Shown here in pieces: positions 17,122-27,038 of a stretch of DNA of 64,000 nucleotides. Location of the stretch: assembly GCA_018712435.1 (NCBI GenBank), contig DVGZ01000052.1:17504-81503 (forward strand). Direction: 5' to 3'. A program made the position numbers and the translations under genes. The DNA comes from Candidatus Caccousia avicola (GTDB lineage Bacteria; Bacillota; Clostridia; Oscillospirales; Acutalibacteraceae). Positions within the stretch are counted from its first letter, which is position 1; each line of letters begins with the position of its first letter. Under the pieces are notes generated by a model. That model did no database searches and had not been told where the DNA came from. It saw only the letters and a list, made by a program, of their open reading frames with translations.

Positions 17122-17991
17122 ATGGAGGAATTTCGTGTGGCTCTGTTGCAGCTGCTGCCCACGGGAACAACGGAGGGGAATCTGGAAAAGGGAATGGAGG
17201 CCTGCCGCCGTGCCGCGCGGGCCGGAGCGGATCTGGCCCTGTTTCCCGAAATGTGGAGCAACGGCTACCGCGTGGAAAGCCCGGAACAGCTTGCCGCTGA
17301 AGCCATCTGTGCGGACGGGGCATTTGTGACCGCTTTTTCCAACCTCGCGCGCGAGCTTTCCATGGCGATCGGCGTCACATTTCTGGAACAATACGATCCC
17401 GCGCCCCGAAACGCTTTGCGCGTTTTTGACCGCACGGGAAAACTGGTGCTCTCCTATGCCAAGTGCCATACCTGCGCGTTTGACAAGGAGCGCTTTCTCA
17501 CCCCTGGAAACTCCTTCCCCACCGCCGCGCTCGACACAGGGCATGGAGAAGTGCAAATCGGCGCGATGATCTGCTACGACCGCGAGTTTCCGGAAAGTGC
17601 GCGGCTCCTGATGCTGGGCGGAGCGGAAATCCTTCTGGTGCCGAACGCCTGCCCGATGGAAATCAACCGCATTTCCCAGCTGCGCGCCCGCGCTTATGAA
17701 AACATGGTGGGGATCGCTACTGTGAACTACCCGCACGGCCAGCCGGACTGCAACGGCCATTCCACCGCCTTCGACGGCATTGCCTACCGCGAGGAAGAGC
17801 CGGGCAGCCGCGACACGCTGGTGCTGGAGGCGGGCGAAGCAGAGGGCGTGTATCTTGCAACCTTCCCCCTCGCGGAGCTCCGCGAATACCGCGCCCACGA
17901 AGTACATGGAAACGCCTGGCGGCGGCCCGCGCTCTATGGCCCGCTGCTGTCCACGGAAAAGCATCCGCCGTTTCTGCGCGGCGCGCAATAA
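17122..17991 (+). CDS. Carbon-nitrogen hydrolase (nitrilase superfamily) protein, 289 aa
   Basis: Catalytic-triad contexts LALFPEMW (Glu) and ICYDREFPE (Cys). RBS GAGGAGGA. Confidence 0.85.
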   Translation: MEEFRVALLQLLPTGTTEGNLEKGMEACRRAARAGADLALFPEMWSNGYRVESPEQLAAEAICADGAFVTAFSNLARELSMAIGVTFLEQYDPAPRNALRVFDRTGKLVLSYAKCHTCAFDKERFLTPGNSFPTAALDTGHGEVQIGAMICYDREFPESARLLMLGGAEILLVPNACPMEINRISQLRARAYENMVGIATVNYPHGQPDCNGHSTAFDGIAYREEEPGSRDTLVLEAGEAEGVYLATFPLAELREYRAHEVHGNAWRRPALYGPLLSTEKHPPFLRGAQ

Positions 17992-18123
17992 ACAGGAATT
18001 TTTTGGTTTTGTGCAATTATTTTGCGGAGCGACTGGAACAAACGGGGAAAACATGGTAAAATGGTGATATCGAAGAGTTTCCCTGCCCAACAGGCGGAAC
18101 CGTAAGAATGGGAGGAATTATTC

Positions 18124-20745
18124 ATGTTCAAAGCAACAGGGCGGCGGCTTCTGGCTGTGCTGCTGCCTCTGACAGCGCTGCTGTATCTCTTCGCCCCCGG
18201 GGCGCCAGCCACAGCCGCAACCAACACCCCCACCGTGGTCTTCGTGGGCGAAGCCGACGTCTCAGCCGGCGGCTACTGGCGAAGCAGCGGCGTGGAGGGC
18301 AATCAGAGCAATTACAACATCCGCTACGACGCGGGCAGCGGAACGCTGACCCTGCGCAACGCCGTGATTTCCGGCACCTCTTCCGACGCCGCGGAGCTGG
18401 CCTCCATCTACGCGAACGGCGATCTGAAAATCCAGCTGGAGGGCAACAGCGTTGTCACTGGCTCCTCCCGCTCCGGATGGGACTGCTACGGCATCTATGT
18501 GGCGGGCAACCTCTCGGTGTCCGGCAGCGGATACCTGCGGATCGCTTCCGGCTTGTCCAGCGGCTATCTGAGCTGCGGCACCTTCGCGCAGGGAAGCGTT
18601 CAGATCCAGGGCGCCACACTGGATACCTCCGGCGGCTCCTCCCTCAACGGAGAGAGCGTCGGTCTTTCCGCCGCGAAGGGTCTGACCCTTTCCAGCGGCA
18701 CGCTCAAAGCCATCGGCGGCACGGCCAACATCAGCCAAGGCGTGCGCCTTGAAGAGGGTGAGCTTAAGGTTTCCGGCGGCAAGCTGGAAGCCTCCGGCGG
18801 CAAAGCCTCCGACGGGGAGAGCGCCGGTATTCATGTGCAGTATGACGTTACTCTGTCCAACGGCACGCTTTCCGCATGGGGCGGTCAGTCTACTGCAAGC
18901 CGCAGCTCCGGCATCTGCACGCACAACGGCGATTTCACCATGACCAACGGCACCCTGTCCGTTTCCGGCGGAACGGCCAAGGAGGAAAGCGCCGGTCTGT
19001 ATCTCCCGAGCGGTGAATTCCTTGTGAAAAACGGAACGGTCAAAGCGTCCGCGGACCGTGCCTCCTCCAGCTTCGGCATCGCAGTCGGCAACGGCAGCGT
19101 GACGATGGAGAAGGGAACCATCGAAGCCATGAGCGGCACCGCCACACTGGCGGAAAGCGCGGCAGTTTACGCCGGGGATTCGGTTGTTCTGAACGGGGGC
19201 AGCATGAAGGCCTTCGGCGGATCGGCCACCAAAGGCGAGAGCTACGGCGTGCATGCGCAGGACGCTGTCTCTGTCAACTCCGCGGACGCTTCCCTCGAAG
19301 CCTCCGCAGGCGATGCTGTGGATGCAAGCCGCGGCGTCTGCTCCTCCACCAGCGGCATCACCCTGCTCGGCGGCACGCTCAAGGCATCCGGCGGACGGGC
19401 CACGTCCCGCACGGGAGAAAGCTGCGGCGTGTGTGCTCCGCAGGGAAGTGTGGAAATGGGCAACCTGCAGGGCACAGGCTCGAACAACAGCGGAACCAAG
19501 GGAATCGCTGTGATGGAAGCCAGAGGCGGCGTATCCTCCGGCAACAGCTACGGCGTTCACGCTGCGTTTGATGTGCTCGTTCGCGGCGGTACGCTGACGG
19601 CTACCAGCAGCAGCTCCTCCGGCAGCGCCGGTATCCACGCCTCCACCCTCTCCCCCGGCTCCGGCAACGGCGGCGTTGTCTACACGGATAAGCTGATGGC
19701 CTCCACCGTGGGCGGCTTCCTGCTGTTCACGAACGGCAGAGGCTCCGTTGTGGGCTCCGTCGAGCTCTCGCAGGATCTGGAAATCCCGTCCGGCTCCACG
19801 CTGAGCGTCGCGAAGGACGGCATGCTGACGGTCGCGGACAACGTTTCCCTGACCATCAACGGCGGCCTGCAAATCAATAACGGCGGTATATTCGTCAGCA
19901 GCGGCAAGACGACCAACAACGGCCTTCTGACCAACAACGGCACCTTTGAGACTCGTGTGAACACCACCTTCCTCAACAAGGGAACCATCAACAACGCCGC
20001 CGATATGACGAACAACGGCGACATTACAAACGACACAGGAGCCACCATCTCCAACAGCGGCATGCTGATCAACAACGGCGCCATCGCGAACAACGGCTCC
20101 ATCTTGGTACGCTACAACAGCGACTTTGACAACAACGGAACGGTCACCAACAACGGCTCCCTGAGCAACAGCGGAACCATCGACAACTCCGGTGTGATCA
20201 ACGGCACGCTCCCGAGCGGCGGCGGCATCGTCAACGGCAACCGTCCGGGCGGCACCGCTCCGCAGGTCTCCTTTATCAGCGATACCACCTCCGACGTGGC
20301 GATCAACAACTCCTACCAGTTCCGCATCACCTCCATGACGGGAGCGACTCCCGTTATGACGCTCAGCAACAACCATTTCCGCGCGGAGCTGGCTTCTCAG
20401 AGCGGGCGCGACTACTACTTCAAGGTCTATGTCGTCACCCCCGGACAGAGCGCGACCGTCTATCTCAACGGCAAAAAGCTCGTCAACGTCACCACCGCGC
20501 AGTCGGTGATCAGCGACACCACCTCCCCCTTCCAGGTGAAGAAGGGATCCTCGTATCAGTTCCGCATCACGGCGAGCAGCATGCCGACCTTCGTGGCCGG
20601 TTCTCCGTCGTTCCGTGCGGAGTATGCGGGAAGCAGCGGCAACAACTATTTCTTTAAGGTGTATGCCATCGGCAATCCCGGAGATGCGTGCGGCTTCTAC
20701 ATCAACAAGGCTCCCACCCCGGTAGCGGTGGGAACGGTTTCCTGA
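18124..20745 (+). CDS. Secreted repeat protein (873 aa): signal peptide, about 10 degenerate 35-40-aa G/S/T-rich repeats, Asn-Gly-rich segment, two tandem about 85-aa C-terminal domains
   Basis: N-terminal signal peptide (RRLLAVLLPLTALLYLFAPGAPATA). Repeated pattern G-T-L-x-A-x-GG-x-A-x-x-ES-x-G. An NNG-rich block. Duplicated ISDTTS..YQFRIT..F(R/K)AE..G..Y(Y/F)FKVY modules. GGGAGGA RBS and a terminator downstream. Confidence 0.8.
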   Translation: MFKATGRRLLAVLLPLTALLYLFAPGAPATAATNTPTVVFVGEADVSAGGYWRSSGVEGNQSNYNIRYDAGSGTLTLRNAVISGTSSDAAELASIYANGDLKIQLEGNSVVTGSSRSGWDCYGIYVAGNLSVSGSGYLRIASGLSSGYLSCGTFAQGSVQIQGATLDTSGGSSLNGESVGLSAAKGLTLSSGTLKAIGGTANISQGVRLEEGELKVSGGKLEASGGKASDGESAGIHVQYDVTLSNGTLSAWGGQSTASRSSGICTHNGDFTMTNGTLSVSGGTAKEESAGLYLPSGEFLVKNGTVKASADRASSSFGIAVGNGSVTMEKGTIEAMSGTATLAESAAVYAGDSVVLNGGSMKAFGGSATKGESYGVHAQDAVSVNSADASLEASAGDAVDASRGVCSSTSGITLLGGTLKASGGRATSRTGESCGVCAPQGSVEMGNLQGTGSNNSGTKGIAVMEARGGVSSGNSYGVHAAFDVLVRGGTLTATSSSSSGSAGIHASTLSPGSGNGGVVYTDKLMASTVGGFLLFTNGRGSVVGSVELSQDLEIPSGSTLSVAKDGMLTVADNVSLTINGGLQINNGGIFVSSGKTTNNGLLTNNGTFETRVNTTFLNKGTINNAADMTNNGDITNDTGATISNSGMLINNGAIANNGSILVRYNSDFDNNGTVTNNGSLSNSGTIDNSGVINGTLPSGGGIVNGNRPGGTAPQVSFISDTTSDVAINNSYQFRITSMTGATPVMTLSNNHFRAELASQSGRDYYFKVYVVTPGQSATVYLNGKKLVNVTTAQSVISDTTSPFQVKKGSSYQFRITASSMPTFVAGSPSFRAEYAGSSGNNYFFKVYAIGNPGDACGFYINKAPTPVAVGTVS

Positions 20746-20770
20746 TGCCCAACTTGATACAAAGCGCATC

Positions 20771-20810
20771 AAAAAAGCCCGTTCTGGTTTCTTCCAGAAC
20801 GGGCTTTTCG
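20771..20810. terminator. Bidirectional intrinsic terminator
   Basis: 15-bp stem AAAAGCCCGTTCTGG/CCAGAACGGGCTTTT with a 6-nt loop, between convergent genes. Confidence 0.8.
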
Positions 20811-20826
20811 TCTCTCTCAAAACTTT

Positions 20827-22311
20827 TTATTTTCTCCGGACCGCGTCCACCATCGTCAGACCCGTCTCATAGTCCAGCTGGCGTTCCTCGTAGTCGTTCT
20901 CGGACTGCCGGGTGTAGCCGGTGTCGCTCCACGTCGCGTCCGGAGCATCCTTCCGCCACGGACGGCGGCGCCAATAGTAGCCGCGGAACGGATCGCGCGT
21001 GCGGTTCATGTTGTCCAGAATCGCGTCATGCAGGCGGCAGATCCGCTCATAGCAAGCGGGATCGTCGATCCGGTTGACCATCTCCAGCGGATCCTCCTGC
21101 AAATCGTAGAATTCATCCTGCGAGAGCAGGTTCAGGCTCAGCTTATACCGGCCGTCAAAGACAGCGCGCATCGGCTGGAAGCCGCCGAACCCGTCATGAT
21201 CCACCTCATAGCGTCCGAACTCCAGGAAGCAGAACTCATTCACACGCTCCTGTTCCCCGCGTGCCTGCGGCAGCAGGCTTTCCCCGGCAAACACGGGAGG
21301 CTGCGGGATACCGAACAGATCGAACACCGCCGGGGCCAGATTGATGTGGGAGACAGGCGCGCCGCTCACCGAACCGGCGGCGATCCCCGGCCCTTTGATG
21401 AAAAGCGGAACCCGTGTGATCTCATCGTAAGCCGCGGGACCCTTGCCGCTCAGGCAATGGGATTCCAGAAAATCTCCGTGATCCGAGGTATAGATGACCA
21501 CGGCGTCCTCGCCCGCATAGGTATCCACCGCGTCGAGCACACGGCCAATCTGAGCGTCCACAAAGGAATTGCAGCCGAAATAATACGGCGCTTTGATCCG
21601 CACCTCGCTTCTGTCCTTTTCCTGTTTTCCGCCTGCCCAGACCTTTTGGTAATCGGGCTTTTCTTCCAGCGTATCCTCCACATTCCGGGAACGGGGAAAT
21701 TCAAAATCGCGGTACTGCTCCCAGTATTCGCGCGGGCAGAGATAGGGACCGTGCGGCTCGTCATAGGAAACGCACAGAAGGAAATTCTCCTCCTGCCCGT
21801 GCTCCTGCAAAAAGCGCACGGCCCGATCGGAGCAGCGGGAAGCATAGGTGAACGAGGGGGCAATGTCCGTCGTCTCCATGGTCGAGGTACGGCGGGAAAT
21901 CACCCGCTCCTCGGGAGTCAGCTCGTCAAGATAATTGCGCATGTCGTACCAGTAGGCGGGATCCCAGCCGTCCGGGCAATGTCCCAGCCCGAAATAGTCG
22001 CCGCCGTCCAGATGCCATTTACCGATGTAGGCCGTGTGGACTCCATGATCCCGCAGACGCTGGCCGATGGTATGCACATCGGCGGAAAGCGCGGAGGAAT
22101 TGGTCCAGCTGTTGCACGAATGGGGATACATCCCGGTGAACAGAGCGCAGCGCGCAGGCTGGCAGACCGGCTGCGTCGTGTACGCCCGGGTGAAACGCAT
22201 ACCCTGCGACGCCAGACGATCCAGGCAGGGAGTTTTCAGGCCGGTGGAAACATTGGCGTTCACCATATCGTACCGCTGGGAATCCGTCATAATGAAAATT
22301 ACTTTGGCCAT
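20827..22311 (-). CDS. Cys-type sulfatase (formylglycine-dependent), cytoplasmic, 494 aa
   Basis: Starts MAKVIFIMTDSQRYD after the RBS GAAGGAAG. Signature C-Q-P-A-R-C-A-L-F-T-G. No signal peptide. The tracked ORF's 37 extra N-terminal codons are rejected. Confidence 0.9.
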   Translation of the reverse strand: MAKVIFIMTDSQRYDMVNANVSTGLKTPCLDRLASQGMRFTRAYTTQPVCQPARCALFTGMYPHSCNSWTNSSALSADVHTIGQRLRDHGVHTAYIGKWHLDGGDYFGLGHCPDGWDPAYWYDMRNYLDELTPEERVISRRTSTMETTDIAPSFTYASRCSDRAVRFLQEHGQEENFLLCVSYDEPHGPYLCPREYWEQYRDFEFPRSRNVEDTLEEKPDYQKVWAGGKQEKDRSEVRIKAPYYFGCNSFVDAQIGRVLDAVDTYAGEDAVVIYTSDHGDFLESHCLSGKGPAAYDEITRVPLFIKGPGIAAGSVSGAPVSHINLAPAVFDLFGIPQPPVFAGESLLPQARGEQERVNEFCFLEFGRYEVDHDGFGGFQPMRAVFDGRYKLSLNLLSQDEFYDLQEDPLEMVNRIDDPACYERICRLHDAILDNMNRTRDPFRGYYWRRRPWRKDAPDATWSDTGYTRQSENDYEERQLDYETGLTMVDAVRRK

Positions 22312-22634
22312 GTTCTTCCTTCTTTCTTTTTGTCCCGCCGGAGCAGGCGGGAAATCCGCACCGAAGCTGTTCGGTTCAAGCGTGTTTTCTTTAAGAATAG
22401 CATAAGAAAAAATTTTCCACAAGCCGGAAATTTTCTATCTTTTCTGTGAATAAAAAGAGAATAAATCATGAACCTGCGATCCTTTTTTTGGCGTTCCACT
22501 CTTGACCTTTTTCTGGAATTGTAATAAATTATAAATTGATCCCCTCTTTATAGAACAAAATTGTGCTGCACGACAAACGACCGGTATCCGCCGGGTTTCA
22601 CGGGATTTCATCCAAAAGGCAGGAGGTGCGCTTC

Positions 22635-24422
22635 ATGCAAAGGCAAACGATACGGCGCCAGCTTAACACCGTAGCCGCTGTGGTGGTCCTCAGCTTCATT
22701 GTCGTGGGGATCCTGACCGCGCATTTTCTTACAGAGATCCTGATCAGCAAAAACGCGGAATATACGCAGTACACCACGGATAAATACGCACAGGAGGTCC
22801 GCTATATCCACAACAAGGCGCAGGCCGTCATGAACTTTCTGCAATACAGCGCGGAGATCCATTCCTATTTTGAACAGGAGCAGACCTCCAATGAATACGC
22901 CATTTACCGCGATATGGATGAATTTCTCACAAGCGTGTATCTGATTTACCCAGAGCTTGACGATATCGCTCTTCTGGGCAGAAGGCAGGACCGGACCAAG
23001 CTGCGCGGAGAGGATATCCAGATCATGCTGGAACGCTACAACGACAAGCAGCAAACCTCCTGCGTCGGGATCTTTGTCCAAAAGGATGACGGAAGACCCA
23101 GCACACCGTGGAAATACGAGGTGCTGGCCTTTGTCTCCAATCTTTACGGAACCTCCTTTGACAACAGCTACGCCAAGCCGGTCGGACAATGTATTCTGAC
23201 CATCCGCATTGACGAGCTGATGTATGAGGATTTGGATCAGGGCGAAACCAGCTTTTTTCTGGTCGACAGCCATGGAGTAGCCGCTCCTCTCAACGCAAAC
23301 GCCAAAAATCTGGAAACGCTGCCGGATGAAATCACCGAAGAATCCTTTGAAGGGGAAAAAAGCGTCGGACAGTATCTGCTGATCTCCAAGCAAATCGACG
23401 ACTGCAACATCCGCATTGTGAGCTGCACCGACAAAAACAGCCTGCTCTCCGACGTGGGCTATATGCAGTGGCTGCTCTTTCTGATCTGCGGCATGTCCGT
23501 CGCTCTGCTGTTTATCACTCTGATTCTCATACACCGCAGCCTCGTGCGTCCGATCTACGCGCTGCACTACTATATGCACGAGATCACAAGCGGAAACTAT
23601 ACGCACATCAAAAAGAAAATCCAGGTCAACGGCAACTGCGAAATGCAGGAGCTTGCGGCCGATCTGAACGCGCTGATCGATGAATTTGAACTGCGATCCC
23701 ATCGCTTGTTTGAAACGACCGAGCGCATGTACGGCTTGGAGATTGAAAAGCAAAAGGCGGAGATCTCCTTCCTTCGCAGTCAGATCAATCCCCATTTTCT
23801 CTACAATTCACTGGAAACCATCCGCGGCCTGTGCAACCGGGGCGGCCTATTCACCGCTTCCGGCATCGCCACGGCGCTCGGCAAGATCTTCCGCTACAGC
23901 ATCAAGGGCGGAAGCACAGTCAAGCTGCGGGACGAAATTGACGCTGCCAAGGCATACATCGGCATCCAGTCGGCCCGTTTTTCCGATAAAGTGCAGGTGA
24001 TTTACCATTTCGATCCCGATACCCTGGAGGTTCCCGTTATCAAGATGATCCTCCAGCCTCTGCTGGAAAACACATTCAAATACGCGGTGGAGCCGCGCAA
24101 CGAGCAAACCACGCTGTATATTTCCAGCGCCCTGATCGACGGCGCTCTCGTGATCACGGTATACGATGACGGAGAAGGAATTTCCCCGGAACGCCTCGCG
24201 GAGCTTCGCGCGCAGCTGGACGCTGCCCAGACCTTCAGCGGCACAAGCGATCATATCGGCTTGTGCAACGTGCACCTTCGGATCCGGATGATGTACGGCC
24301 CTCCATACGGGCTTACCATAGACAGCACACCGAACGAGGGAACAAAGGTAACGCTGCGGCTGGCTCCAAAGCTGCCCGACACACCGCAGCTGCCGCAATC
24401 AGGAGGGGATACAGATGCTTGA
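22635..24422 (+). CDS. Sensor histidine kinase, YesM-like (595 aa)
   Basis: AGGAGG RBS. Two TM segments flank an extracellular domain. His-kinase motif FLRSQINPHFLYNSLETI. C-terminal HATPase region. Confidence 0.85.
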   Translation: MQRQTIRRQLNTVAAVVVLSFIVVGILTAHFLTEILISKNAEYTQYTTDKYAQEVRYIHNKAQAVMNFLQYSAEIHSYFEQEQTSNEYAIYRDMDEFLTSVYLIYPELDDIALLGRRQDRTKLRGEDIQIMLERYNDKQQTSCVGIFVQKDDGRPSTPWKYEVLAFVSNLYGTSFDNSYAKPVGQCILTIRIDELMYEDLDQGETSFFLVDSHGVAAPLNANAKNLETLPDEITEESFEGEKSVGQYLLISKQIDDCNIRIVSCTDKNSLLSDVGYMQWLLFLICGMSVALLFITLILIHRSLVRPIYALHYYMHEITSGNYTHIKKKIQVNGNCEMQELAADLNALIDEFELRSHRLFETTERMYGLEIEKQKAEISFLRSQINPHFLYNSLETIRGLCNRGGLFTASGIATALGKIFRYSIKGGSTVKLRDEIDAAKAYIGIQSARFSDKVQVIYHFDPDTLEVPVIKMILQPLLENTFKYAVEPRNEQTTLYISSALIDGALVITVYDDGEGISPERLAELRAQLDAAQTFSGTSDHIGLCNVHLRIRMMYGPPYGLTIDSTPNEGTKVTLRLAPKLPDTPQLPQSGGDTDA

Positions 24423-25794
24423 GGAAGCAAAACGCATTGTTCTGGTGGACGATGAACCGGGGGTTCTGGAATCCATTCAAACCGGAATTGACTGGAAAAA
24501 ATTAGGGACACGAATCTGCGGCGCTTTTACCGACGGTCAAAAAGCGCTGGACTATATCGAGGAAAACCCGGTGGATATCCTCATCACGGACATCACCATG
24601 CCCACGTTCAACGGTCTGGAGCTCTGCACGCGTGTGCAGGCACTGCGTCCGGAGGTTAAATTCATCATCATCAGTGGATACGCCGACTTTGCCTATGCCC
24701 AGAAATCCATCCGCTTCGGCGCGCTCGGCTACTGTCTCAAGCCCGTGGATTACGAAGAGCTTCAGGGATATATCCGCAAGGCGGTGCAGCCCTCCTCCAA
24801 CGGGCAGGACTGTGATCCGGAGCTTGTGGAAGCTTTGTATGAAAACGATATTCCGCGCCTGCGCAGAATTCTGGAAAGCGAGGGCCTGGAGGAACCCATC
24901 TATACCGCCGTGTCCATCGGCAGGACTCCTCTCAAACAGCTTTTTGACGGCCTGTGCCAGCCGCTGGGCTACCACGAGCACCTTTATCTTTTCCGCCAGC
25001 CTCCCAGGGAAATTTCAGAAAAAATGCTGGAAGATTCGGATGTGGACGGGATCTCCGTCAGCACGCTTCCGGTGGAATTTGCCGATTTGCAGTCCACCGT
25101 CTTTCAAAATCTCTATGACAGCTGCCAGTTTTTCTTTCATCGGGAATCGCGCGTCTTTCGGACGCACGCCGCATATCTCGAAGGCGTGCAGCAGGAAATT
25201 GCCCCACTCCTTTACCAGCCCGCGGCCCTGCGCGCTCTCCTCTTCTCCTGGTCGGATCAGCTTTCGCACATCTCCCAGGCTCTGGATATTTACAATTATA
25301 TTTTCTGCCAGCTTGGCATTGATCTGGAAATTTACAGTTATCAGCAGCTGCTCTCCACCTACCGCAGCTACGAGGAGATGGTGGCGGGAATCCTGGAAGC
25401 CATGACGCCGGACGTGGAAAAGGAGATTAACGAGGGCGGCTACAGCCGGGGCTTTTTGAAAATCATCAAATACATCCACGAAAACTATTCGACCGATATC
25501 TCCACTGCCGACATAGCCCGAGAATTCAACATGAACCCCAGCTATGTCAGCCAGCTTTTTAAAAAGGAAACGGGAAACACCATCGTCAAATATCTGACCT
25601 CCCTGCGCATGCAGAAGGCGGAAGAGCTCCTGCAAAACACGGATCTGCCCGTTTCCGCCATCAGCGACGCCTGCGGCTTCAACGACTACTTCTATTTCAT
25701 CAAGCTGTTCAAAAAGCACACCTCCTGTTCCCCCAGCCAATACCGCAGAAAACTGGCCGGCGATCCAGACGGCGCCGAAGATTCAAAAGAATAA
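24415..25794 (+). CDS. Response regulator with AraC-type HTH output, YesN-like (459 aa)
   Basis: Receiver domain (VLVDDEP...ILITDITMP) plus C-terminal AraC HTH (YVSQLFKKETGNTIVKYL). Overlaps the kinase stop by 8 nt. Confidence 0.9.
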   Translation: MLEEAKRIVLVDDEPGVLESIQTGIDWKKLGTRICGAFTDGQKALDYIEENPVDILITDITMPTFNGLELCTRVQALRPEVKFIIISGYADFAYAQKSIRFGALGYCLKPVDYEELQGYIRKAVQPSSNGQDCDPELVEALYENDIPRLRRILESEGLEEPIYTAVSIGRTPLKQLFDGLCQPLGYHEHLYLFRQPPREISEKMLEDSDVDGISVSTLPVEFADLQSTVFQNLYDSCQFFFHRESRVFRTHAAYLEGVQQEIAPLLYQPAALRALLFSWSDQLSHISQALDIYNYIFCQLGIDLEIYSYQQLLSTYRSYEEMVAGILEAMTPDVEKEINEGGYSRGFLKIIKYIHENYSTDISTADIAREFNMNPSYVSQLFKKETGNTIVKYLTSLRMQKAEELLQNTDLPVSAISDACGFNDYFYFIKLFKKHTSCSPSQYRRKLAGDPDGAEDSKE

Positions 25795-25812
25795 CCGTAT
25801 CCCACAATGGAA

Positions 25813-25861
25813 CCCCCGTGACGAAATGGTTCTGAACGTCCATCCGTCACGGGGGTTTTTG
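25813..25861 (+). terminator. Intrinsic terminator after the two-component genes
   Basis: 11-bp stem CCCCCGTGACG/CGTCACGGGGG, 21-nt loop, then TTTTTG. Confidence 0.7.
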
Positions 25862-26058
25862 TAAAGATTTTTCTAAAAAAATTCCGGTTTTCCATTTCTG
25901 AATTGTGACAAAACTATGAATAATACAACTTAACCCGGACTTTCTTTAGCATCCTTTGGGCGGGCTAAAAAATATCCATAAAGAAAATTTGTATTATAAA
26001 TTAAAAAACCATACCTCTTTTTTTCGTGCAAATAGTATAATTTAAATAAATCAGAGAG

Positions 26059-27021
26059 GTGATGAATGTGAAAAAAGCTGCTGCGGTTTCTAACATGCCA
26101 ACCAACAAATGGGCCCGCAAATGGAAACAAATTCGAAGCGACAAGCTGCTCTATCTTCTGCTTCTTCCCGTTATCGCATGGTACTTAATCTTCGCGTATC
26201 TTCCGATGGGCGGTCTGTCCCTCGCCTTCAAAAACTTCCGCTATGATATGGGACTCTGGGCCAGCCCCTGGATTGGATTTGAGCATTTCTCCAAAATGTT
26301 TGAGGACAAGGATTTCTGGAATGCTCTCAAAAACACTCTGGTTTTTGCTGCGGGCAAAATCTGCATTCTCTTCCCCATGCCCGTGATTCTGGCCGTTCTT
26401 CTCAATGAGATGAGAGCGAACAAAACAAAAAAGTTTTTCCAGACCGTCTTTACCTTCCCGCACTTTATCACCTGGGTTGTGCTGGCCGGTATTCTCATCA
26501 ACATGTTCGGCAGCAACGGTATGGTAAACGCTTCTCTCTCCGCGCTCGGTTTTCAGAAAATTTCGCCCCTTTCCGATTCGAGCATGTTCCGCCCCTTCAT
26601 CTGGCTCTCCGCTCTCTGGAAAGAAATCGGATGGGACTCCATCATTTATCTCGCGGCCTTTGCCGGCATCGATCCCGGACTGTATGAAGCGGCCAGCATC
26701 GACGGCGCAAACCGCTTCCAAAAAATGATCCACATTTCCTGGCCGGGCATCCGTGGCACCGTCGCCATCATGTTCATTCTGGCTGTCGGCAGCCTGATGA
26801 CAAACGGCGCAAGCTTCGATCAGGTGTTCAACCTTTATTCCGAGCCTGTGTACAATGTGGCCGACACACTGGACACTTTTGTGTACCGCAGCTCCTTCAG
26901 CATCGGCACCAACTTTGGCTATACCACGGCTGTCGGATTCCTCAAATCTGTTATCAACGTGATTTTGATCACGGTCACCAACAAGATCGTGACAAAAACC
27001 GGTGAATCCGGACTGTTTTAA
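26059..27021 (+). CDS. Carbohydrate ABC transporter permease, LplB/YesP-like
   Basis: Six TM segments and EAA loop EAASIDGANRFQKMIHISWPGIRG. Exact start uncertain (GTG 26059, ATG 26062 or GTG 26068 after GAGAGG). Confidence 0.85.
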   Translation: MMNVKKAAAVSNMPTNKWARKWKQIRSDKLLYLLLLPVIAWYLIFAYLPMGGLSLAFKNFRYDMGLWASPWIGFEHFSKMFEDKDFWNALKNTLVFAAGKICILFPMPVILAVLLNEMRANKTKKFFQTVFTFPHFITWVVLAGILINMFGSNGMVNASLSALGFQKISPLSDSSMFRPFIWLSALWKEIGWDSIIYLAAFAGIDPGLYEAASIDGANRFQKMIHISWPGIRGTVAIMFILAVGSLMTNGASFDQVFNLYSEPVYNVADTLDTFVYRSSFSIGTNFGYTTAVGFLKSVINVILITVTNKIVTKTGESGLF

Positions 27022-27038
27022 AGAAAGGGGAGTTCGGC

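Noticed and set aside
18262-20820. 852-aa ORF antisense to the secreted repeat protein gene
   Set aside because: It mirrors a Gly/Ser/Thr/Ala-rich sense gene. The + strand product has a signal peptide, RBS and terminator, and the minus-strand product has none of these.
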